From Chrysomallon squamiferum (Eukaryota > Animalia > Mollusca), in assembly GCA_012295275.1 (NCBI GenBank), contig CM022672.1, forward strand, positions 8,432,001 through 8,496,000: a stretch of DNA of 64,000 nucleotides. The letters run 5' to 3'. The notes under the pieces are model-generated. The model was not told the origin of the DNA and did not search any database. It was given only the letters and a program-made list of their open reading frames with translations. The translations under genes and the position numbers were made by a program. This document shows positions 54,378-64,000 of the stretch, piece after piece (within the stretch, counting starts at the first letter, position 1; each line of letters begins with the position of its first letter).

Positions 54378-57300
54378 CTCTCAATAAATCAATCTGTTCA
54401 TCTGTCTGTCCGTCAATCCTTCTATCCACCCACTAATCTCTCTACCTGCCTAGCTATGTCGGTCTGGTATCTGTCTATCTTTCTGTCTGTATGTCTCTGC
54501 CTCTCTATCATTTCATCTGCCATTTTTTCTATACCTGATTGTCTATTGATGTGTACGTGTGTATTCGTATGTTTACAACAGAGAAACATTCTAAAATAAA
54601 ACAGATAAAACACAAAAGGTTATTATTTAAACAATTATTTAAATATAAACAGATCACAGTGGAAATTATTTGAGTTAATAACTGATTATCTGCACTATAC
54701 TTGTATCACTTTACGTTAATTTAATCGTTTTAGGTTTTTTTTTACTGTCATTAACGTAGTTTTTTTTTTTTTTTTTTTTTTCGCTATTTTTATGCCTCCA
54801 GTTTGAGATACAGTGTAACTAGCGTGAGTGAAAACATTTACGTCGGTTTCTGTGGGACTCGCGAGAAAGTAAAAACCGCGAATCGGACGACAGTTCATGT
54901 TGAAACGATTACGCCATTTACTAGTAATGTGAGGCTTTCGCTTTTATTACGTCCGAGTGTGATCCAATTACAGCAGTGAGTAAAACAGCATTTTCAAGTG
55001 AAAACTCATAATGATTAGAGCAGCATTTTGGAAGAAAAACTCATAATGATTTGAGCAAATTTGAATAATGTTGTTGCTCCATTTTTTAATTATTTTTTTC
55101 TTCTGCGCTTTGAGGTCATTTTAGAATGATTTATTTCATGATTGTTATCATTTTAGGCCGTTTATTTATTTATTTATGTATTTATTTTACCAGATAAACT
55201 TTCTAATAAAAAAGGTTTTTGAAACGAAATTTTTAACAACAAAAATGGAAAAAATGACCTTTCAAACATTTTAAAACTTTTTTTCTGTGTTTCAAATGAA
55301 TATTATATTTTTATTTTGTTTACTTTTTAAATATTATTTTCTTAAGAATATTATTTTTTTCTCTCTCTCTTTAGACATCACTTTCTTAGCAAATTTTGAT
55401 CACAAAACTGATAATCAGTTTCTTCAAGTTAATATGAAAATGCTTAAGGCAACACATGAAATCTTATAAAACAGAAATTAACAAAAGAGACGTGCTCCTG
55501 AAAATTCTAATATTTCACTTAGCATTTTAAAAACTAAATAAATATTTCGTTTGATAACAACAGTAAACAAACAGAATACACAACAATTAAATCATTTTAT
55601 CTAAACTTAAGAACAATTTTTTTTTTTTTTTTTTTTTATCATTTTCTTCTTCATGTTTTGTTTTTTTAAATTATATTTAGAGTTGATATTCAATGCAAAC
55701 TTCAACAAGAAATAACTAAAAGAACATTATCGCACCATTGGTTTTTCATTCTTCAATTTGTTGGATTTTTTTTAACAAATTTACTCTGTTAATATTATTA
55801 ACTCGAATAACGTAGAAGTACAAATACATGATTTGTCTTTAAAACGTCTGTCCTGCGTAAAGTTCTTGACCTTTTTTCCCCCTTCACTATAAAAGTTGGA
55901 CTAATTTACTAAGAGTATTTTGTCGATCTGAACATCAGCAACTTCAGCTTTTTAAAGTGTTTCCATCATCTCTTGACATTATTACAATCTGATTCTTTAC
56001 TGAACTCTTCGTAATAAGTGATCTTATCATCTGATCATCACACTGCTGTTGTGTCATAGGAAAAGATAATTATCTTGTCATCAAACACATCGAGTATGAA
56101 TGAAAATTAGTAACAACTTGTTATTTGCAAAGCCATTCAAATGAACGAGTAGTCAGTCATAGGAGAACCGCCACAACCACTTGTTTCCATAGAACAACAT
56201 TTATTACTATTATTACTTCTACTACTAATGCTACTACTATTACAACTACTATTAAATGTTCTACTGTTAATGCTACTAATATCACTGCTATTACCACTAC
56301 TACTACTGCTGCTGCTACTACTACTACAGCTTTTCACAAAAACAAACAGCATAGTGCTCATATTCAGTAACATTCAAACGTCCATTCGTTCATCAGCGAA
56401 CACGAGTCTTTTCTTGTGTTTGCATTTTACTGCTTTTATTTTATTTATACGATGGTGGTATTATTAATCTGAGAATGCGAGGGGAACAAAATCATTCCCC
56501 ATTCCGAAGATATATTTTGAAAATCGGTCAGTACAAATAAGCGTTACTTCCAATAACAGCGATCAAGTACGTTTGATGTTGTGTACAGTAGGCACAGATA
56601 GTGTGTAACGGCGAGATTATCAACGGCAGAAGTGTCAAGTCTTAACTTGAAAACGGGCAGTGTAGGTTCCGAGGCAAACAGAGCAGAGTAAACAATGGAA
56701 GCAATAAAGTAAAAACAAGCTCAAAGTGACTGGCAAACCATCACGCCAGCCAGCACGTACCACGCAAAAACACAGACAGCTCCTTCTTTTGTTTTCACGA
56801 ACGTTTTAAGTACTTCATTTTCTAATGGAGCGACGATAATCGCCTCCGCTGCTGAATCTTTTTCTCCGGGAGAAATCCCAATTAACACATTATTAGAAAC
56901 AGCAGCGCCCCGACTCCCAGGGGACGCCAGTTCGTGTAACAGAATTGAGAGAGGTCCAAGCAGCCGAGTCGATTATGAGGTACTGACAGCCACTCACACC
57001 GGTGACATACCTAACTGAAAACCAGGACAAAAGTGGCCTCTTTTACCTAAACAAGTTAAGACTTTACGGATTTACAACGTGAAACGGCCATGTTTTAAAT
57101 ACTGTATGGCATTGTTCTGTTAGATGTATCAAATAGGCCCTCTAGTTATTCATCATCACTGAACCTGCCTGTAATATTTTACTTTACTATTGGTATGTTT
57201 TTTTATAGTTAGGACAGGTTTCAATTTTCAGCTAACTTTTGCCAGAAACGCTCCTGCTTTTCACATTAAGGGACGAGTATTTTGAATGGACTAAGTTCAG

Positions 57301-58800
57301 TTATAATATTTTATTCTGTTAACTCTTGCCAAAATCAGTCTCCATAGCTTTAATTAATTAATTTCAGAAGTGACTCTGTTACACAACACTGTGCTTTGTT
57401 AACACTTGTATACACACTGCTGTTCCTCACTGTGTGGACTCAGGCGAGCGAAGCAGACCTCGTGGTTCAGTTCTAACTCAGCACTTATTGACAACCTTTC
57501 ATACTTTCCAAGTCGGTGATTTCCCCGTTACACTGTACATCAAGCAGTTACAAAGCTTTTACTCAATAACAGCGACGTTAATGTGGCGATAAAGGTAAAA
57601 TTAGGGGATAATTGCAGTAGAAGACTTGAATGTGAATAGCTGTTTGTGAATAAGATACCAATATTCACGTCACAGCCAAACATCGTTGGCTGTCGGAGTG
57701 ATTACAATGATTATCAACCTGGAAAATCATAATGAAAATATCAGCTTTTACTGCTGCATCGTGGCTCCGTTTTGAAACTTTTCCAATAAAACTGTAATCC
57801 GGTGTAATGCATTCAGAAAGTTACACGTCAGTGGCATTGTCAGCGCTGAATGGCGAGTTCTGGTATGATGTAAATTATTCCGTGTTAGGAATTATTTAAA
57901 TAATACTCGAGTGTCCATTCAACGACTGATTGTTATCTGATAGCCAGAGATGTGTAAACACAGATTCTGTGTGCTCTGTCGTCTCGATGGATTCAATATG
58001 TCCGAGGTGTCGGTGTTTGTATGTTCGATTGAGAATACAGCAGTTCGTGAAGTCTGTCATGTCTTGATTTGAGCTGAAAAGTGCAAGTCAGGTTTCTCTC
58101 TATGTTCTCAAGTTTCTGTCTGTGTTCTCAGATGGTCTCAAACGTCTTCTGTGAGAAGTCTGTACAGACTAGACTTCTTAGTTGTGAGATTTAAAAGACT
58201 AACAACTTATCACACAAGAGAAAGCTGGAGAATGTAAGAAGAGTTTATCATTAACATACTACAATTTTATCCGTATTAGAGACCATTAGCATCAGTACCT
58301 ACAGTTAGATTTGGCCCCAAAGAGAGAGAGAGAGAATGTATAGAGAGAAGACATAGCTCTGGTCAGAATGCATAACAACAGTCTACTAATCCGTATATAA
58401 GTGCGAACCAAAAACACAATTAAAAAATTTCGCTGAATTTTTTTTTCCATTTGATATTCGATGTCAAACATCTGATAATTCTGAAAAACGCCTTGAAAGG
58501 AAACGACATTAAATTTTATCTCAAGTAGCTAGGTTTCATGTAAGTGCACGTTATTTTTGTCACGAAAGCTTGGAAAGTGGAATATGATAACAACTCGCAG
58601 ATTTCTGATTTGAAGCAGTGAAATGGTTGCGCTAAGAAGAACTGATAATGTTCCGTATTGAATGGGTCCATATTAAACTATTAGTCCATTAGTTACAGCG
58701 AACAATAACAGTAATCGTTTTTCTCTTTCCTACACGTTAAAGGCCAAAATAATTTAGCTTAAGAATAGATAGAACGATTATACCAGTCCGAATATAAACA

Positions 58801-58802
<2 letters not shown>

Positions 58803-58852
<50 letters not shown>
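58803..58852 (+). repeat. ~50-nt poly(A) tract
   Basis: Directly visible. Confidence 0.95.
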
Positions 58853-58853
<1 letters not shown>

Positions 58854-59527
58854 GGCAAAGCCTAACACACTGAATACAAGCTAATACCGATTAAGTTATA
58901 CAGATTTCACATTTTGCTTTTTTTTTTTTTTTTTTTTTTTTTCCTGGTATATTTAAAAAAAAAAAAAAAAAAGACAAGAATAAATTTAAAGTTTAGCCTT
59001 CTCATAAAACTACTTCCTAGCAGAAGATGTGACTGTAATATTAACTTAAAAGTTTCGCTGAATTTTCTCAGCAGTAGAATAATAATTAAATTACTCAAAC
59101 GATTCATCCGCCCTGCTAAATACACTGACAGTTCCATGCTGTACTTTACGGTGATCGTGTAACCCGATAATCTGTTCATGTCGTACACTGCAGATGAAAA
59201 AATGTTTTATTAACGAGGCCTAAAAATAATATCTAACAACAAAACAAAATTTCTTGTCTAACGAATAAAAATTGTAGACGATTATTAAACAATTTTCTGC
59301 AGAATACGGTATTCTTCCATTAGCGTTGTAGGTTGTAGTAATAAATGAGTAAATAATTAAAATAGCAAGTCGAAAAACAAGAATGTTGTGATGGAAGAGG
59401 GATTTTCATGAGCTGTAAACGATAAATTATTAATGAAATTTTGAAGAGAAGTATCAGTAGCTGGTGATAAATTCATATTTAAACCGCATATATTAAGTTG
59501 GTCAGGGTTAACAATCTGCGACAGCAT

Positions 59528-59668
59528 GGCCCACATTTTAGCTCAGTGGTTAGAGCGTAGGAGGTTGATGAGTAGAATCTTTTGAGATATTTCCTTCTTA
59601 TAATCTTTTATGAAAATTCCTATTATTCTTTCTTCTGCAGAGTGTAAATAAAAGATTCCTTTCTGCCA
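59528..59668 (+). mobile_element. Degraded, internally deleted tRNA-derived SINE (A-box head plus Nin/Deu-like block)
   Basis: TAGCTCAGTGGTTAGAGCG (59539-59557) is a tRNA D-arm/A-box. Downstream GTGTAAATAAAAGATTCCTTTCTGCCA (59642-59668) resembles the GTATATGAAAGATCGCTCGCTGCT block of the 37357 copy. Confidence 0.6.
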
Positions 59669-59723
59669 GACAATAAGACAATAAGAAAAAATCACACACA
59701 CAAACACATGGACACACAAAAAC

Positions 59724-59727
<4 letters not shown>

Positions 59728-59780
<53 letters not shown>
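59728..59780. repeat. (GA)n microsatellite
   Basis: Directly visible. Confidence 0.95.
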
Positions 59781-59783
<3 letters not shown>

Positions 59784-60241
59784 ACGAAAGATTTACTGTA
59801 TAAACAAATTCTTTTGTTATTAATTCAAGTAATTTTTGTTTTTGTTTTCATGTAGTTAAAAGATTACGTATATTATACAACACACACGAGATGTAACTTG
59901 TGGCGAGAATGAATAAATAATTTGGTTTATCCTCAAAGCGTTGAGTCATAATTATCGATATATCGAGCAGTTACGAAGGGCGAGTGAGAAATAATAGTTT
60001 GATATATTTGAAATTCGTTGAATATCGATTTTGTTATAAGTGAAAACAAGACGAAAATAATCCATTTAACGTGCGACTTGACTCCGTATCACGTTAAATT
60101 CGTTGTGAAATTTCACAGTGCGCTAGAAACTGTTGAGTGGGAAAATAAAAATATGTGAAAAAAATAAAAATATACTAATTTTCATTTTTCTGGTTATCTC
60201 GCAAATTGTTGATGCTTTTAAAACTAACTGAAAAAAGTCCC

Positions 60242-60279
<38 letters not shown>

Positions 60280-60764
60280 TTGGGGGTATTCTCCAATACA
60301 GCTAACAATTATTTCCAACCACTTCAAAAAAAAAGTCGAGGAAATGTCGAAAGCATGATACATCCTTTTCGCTTTTTTAACTCGTCGTTTTTTATTTATT
60401 ACCTTTTTCTCGAACCGATTTATATAAAAATCATTATCAATATTTCTTCAAGGTCGACTTCAACAACTCAACTACACAAACCTAACCGTCAAATCTGATT
60501 ATCTTTCTAGTTTCTGTAACACAACAGAAACAACCTTCTGCTTTACGAATAAAACTCACTGCTGGAATCACAACAGAATCAGGCCGCTGCACAGAACCGA
60601 CAACAGTGTTTTATGTGCCCAGGTTTAACAGGGTTAATTAATTCAGTATCTGGTAGCTGTTAAAAACACGCACATGTTATAAGTAATGAAGCTGAGCTAA
60701 TACGTTAAGATAATTTCGTTTATTTGGTAAATTTCCTGATGTAGGATGAAGACATAAGTGGAGT

Positions 60765-60821
60765 TTATTATTTATTTATTTATTTACTTTATATTTTATT
60801 ATTATTATGATTATAATTATG

Positions 60822-60893
<72 letters not shown>

Positions 60894-60918
60894 TAATTAA
60901 TTAATTTATTTATTTATT
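60765..60918. repeat. (TTTA)n/(ATT)n tract
   Basis: Directly visible. Confidence 0.95.
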
Positions 60919-61861
60919 GCAAACGTCATTTGGACGAAGTTGTATCTAAACTGATAAAATAAATACAAATATCTTGTAAACACACTTTAAAAAAAAAAAA
61001 AAAGAATAGAAAAAGTCACGAAGAATAGAATGAAAAATATAACAATAAAATAAATAAATAAATAAATTTAAAAATACTCGAAGTAATGACAAGAGCCACA
61101 AAAGAGTATTCTATTTGCATTGAAAATGAGAAAAATAAAATAAATAAATAAATGAAAAACACGAACGAAGAATTAAATAATTTAATAAATCACATTTTGA
61201 TTTCTGTACAGTTGCAGATATTAAAGAAGGCCTAAGAATTACTGAGAACGTCTGAGCAGTTTGACGTAAGGGGAAATGCAATAACTGGATAGTGGAATTG
61301 TTTTCTACGCTCTCGCCAATAAAATATTATTTTATATCGGTTTTCTACCATCACATTTATTAGAAAAAGAGCAGTGTGTGTGAGTGTGTGCGAGTCAGAC
61401 TGGTTCGTTAACGTAGTTTTGTCACGAAGCAAACCAATATTACAAATTCTACTTTTTGATTAAATACAGTGAAACAGACCATTCATGTAAATGATGTGAC
61501 TGGTAGGTTTTTTCTTTGTTGAAATCTGTAAATTATAATACAGACCTCTATTTTTTATAAATGTATTTATGTTTTTTTGTTCTAACCATTATTTTTCTGT
61601 TTTCTTTCTTTCTCTCTCTCTTTTTTTTTTTCTTCATATATTCTTTCTTCTTTTTAAGGCATGGTTTTTGACCTGTGAATTGGTAAATAATTATGTCTTA
61701 TTGTCTGTTAATATTTTGACTGAAAACATTTTTTTGATTTTTTTTTTTTTTTTTAAAATTATCAAAAACATTTTTTGTAACACAATGATCGATTCTATTA
61801 CAAATCTACCTAATAATGACTAAGGGTAGGTAACTCTGTCAGACCATTTATAGACGTCTTG

Positions 61862-61915
61862 TACTGTTGACCCTCGATTTCACGGATCTCGATTTTCCGG
61901 ATTTCGGGAATCCGG
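61862..61915 (+). mobile_element. Solo terminal fragment of a pogo/Tigger-like (Tc1-mariner superfamily) DNA transposon
   Basis: TA|CTGTTGACCCTCGA resembles TA|CAGTTGACCCT-type pogo ends. It overlaps a 15-bp direct repeat, CTCGATTTCACGGAT/CTCGATTTTCCGGAT (61873-61902). The matching right end was not found. Confidence 0.45.
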
Positions 61916-62491
61916 GCCAAATTTTGAAAAATCACAAAAATCACACTTACCGCCTTTTCTCACTTGAAACCTTACCTCTTAAGTTATTTTGACTGTTTTT
62001 TATTATGTGACCTAATGTTAAGTTCGTTAAATTTTAAGGTTAACACTTACATATAGATATAAAGAAAACGAAGTTCTTAACCTCAGGGTCAAAAACAGCA
62101 CGTGATTAAGAACAATGTCATAAAATTTCTTTTATGAACCAAATTTTATTCAAATCAATATAAATGCCGTAATCCAAACATTATGAGGCTTCGGTGATTT
62201 AAACGTCACAAAAGCTGACACGTAGAACACAAATTATGCGCAAACAACCGAAAACAACCGATTATAAGGAATCGTTGGCTTCTTTCATAATAGACGTTTG
62301 AAAAGAAAAGAAACCTAGTGAAAATAAACAGCGGTTTGTTTGAAGGTTAACAGATGATATCTGTTCAGACAAGTTGATCAATTTACAACTCCCCGTGTTT
62401 AAAACAGTAAGCTGCATGGAATCGGCTTGTTTGAACGCAATGATAAAATATGGTGATGGTATGTGAAACGATAATAAAATAATAATAATAA

Positions 62492-62535
<44 letters not shown>

Positions 62536-63792
62536 AAATTAGGTGGTTCGAAAATTAAATTCGTTGATTCAAACATAACTGTACGAATATTTAAAAAAAA
62601 AAAAAAAAAAAAAAAAATAATAAAAAAAATAAATAAATAAATAAATAAATAAATAAACTGAAAATTTAATTGCAGTTTTATGTTATATTGAAGTTTAGGA
62701 TTAGCTCAAATATTTCAACTGGACTGAAATATGAAAAACTGATACAGGTCATTTCCATCGAGTGAATTTTTTATTGTTATTTTCATTTTTTTTATATACA
62801 TTTGATTGTATTGCACATTTTTCATATTGTAAAAAGTTAAAAATTAACAGGTCACTTTGAATCTGAGTTAGAAACATGAAAGATTAATTGAAGTCACTTA
62901 AACGTATTGCCGATTTAAAAGTTACTTCTCAAAGCCTGACAATTACATTCTAAGAAACTGCAAAGATCCAGTATCAAATTTATTTATGTGGCGATATTTC
63001 TTCTACAAAACTACATTTTTTTCGCCTTCTTTCGGTGTTATTTGCACAAATTTAATTTACAAAAGTGAATTTTTTGTTGTTTCTATTTCAGCGGAGAAAA
63101 CGTAACTTTCCGATTCAAACAAGCAGTTGCCTCTGTTCTGAACATTTCACTAGTAAACCCCCCACCCCCTCTCCAGCAACTTTCTGGTAGGTGGAGCATC
63201 GCTGGAGAAATGGCATTTTAAAAAATACGAAAAAAAAAAAAAAAAAAAAAAAAAACACCAACCAATTTATCCTCTAAATAAGATAACGTAGAACCTTTTA
63301 TTTTGTTTTGATCAATATTCAAAATTTAATTTAATAGCTGCTTGTTTTTCAATTTTTTTTAAAAATAAATCTTCTAACCGTAGAACTGAATTTGCTATTA
63401 TAAAGGGCAAAATGATTCAGCTGTTATTGTTATATAGAACATAACATTTTTATTTTGATGGGTAGTTACATGTTAATGACGTATTTGAAAGTTGTAAACT
63501 GAATTGTGAAACCTAGCTGCAGGCATCGATGTACTTTCGAACGAAGTTTTAAAATGTTGGCGATTATTAAAATCAAAATTGGAATAAAATTTAAGTCAGT
63601 AATAAATGAAATTCTTTCAAATTTAACTGGTTAACGCTTCAGTGAATACCTGTAAACATGTGACAGATTTTTAGTAAAAAGATTTGAGAATAATAATGTC
63701 GAAAAAAACTTCAATGATCGTACAATTTAGGCCAAATAAAACATTTTTGAAACAAGAGTTAAAAAAAAAAAAAAAAAAAAAATGAAAGAACA

Positions 63793-63827
<35 letters not shown>

Positions 63828-64000
63828 AGAAAAAAAAACAGAAGGAATATTAATGTTCATGACAGTAAACGATGTCAGGACTTCAACAGCTATTACAGTT
63901 TAGTAACAGAAAGATTATATAATCAGTTGACCCAGTAACACATTTCCAGGAAATGTCTTCTGACCATAGGCTTTAAAGTTAAATTAAGTTCTCTTTACAA

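Noticed and set aside
58803-58852. Poly(A) tail of a retrocopy
   Set aside because: No upstream ORF, recognisable element or TSD; long A/T runs are common throughout the window.
59528-59600. Functional tRNA gene
   Set aside because: Only the D-arm/A-box is present, with no anticodon arm, T-arm/B-box or acceptor stem; better explained as a SINE head.
60625-60640. piggyBac-like AGGG-TTAA end
   Set aside because: No matching TTAA-CCCT partner with extended TIR similarity nearby; too short to be significant.

Overview
This is AT-rich, microsatellite-dense eukaryotic DNA with CpG retained, which points to an invertebrate animal. The SINE remnants fit a mollusc or similar lineage, but the species cannot be named from this window. 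I can recognise no protein-coding gene, rRNA, intact tRNA, known miRNA or CRISPR array, and nearly all listed ORFs are simple-repeat translations or chance frames. The window looks like a gene desert or very large intron in which SSR tracts alternate with complex, CpG-richer islands carrying homeodomain/TALE, CRE, NF-Y and NRF1-like motifs. Supportable structures are four clear minisatellites (50/56, 31, 48 and ~23 bp units), several decayed arrays, a 242-bp MITE with TIRs and a 5-bp TSD, a pogo/Tigger-like transposon end, and degraded tRNA-derived Nin/Deu-like SINE copies. The most interesting leads are: (i) a 48-bp array next to a CCAAT cluster, open on both strands (CCxQC repeats), that ends in a ~75-nt fold-back hairpin; (ii) a 1.3-kb array whose minus strand is a polymer of TACTAAC, the branch-point/STAR-protein motif; (iii) a 31-bp array of near-RFX X-box palindromes; (iv) an ~800-bp IR-flanked element with internal decayed repeats. 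All coordinates and counts were read by eye. No novel system is demonstrated.
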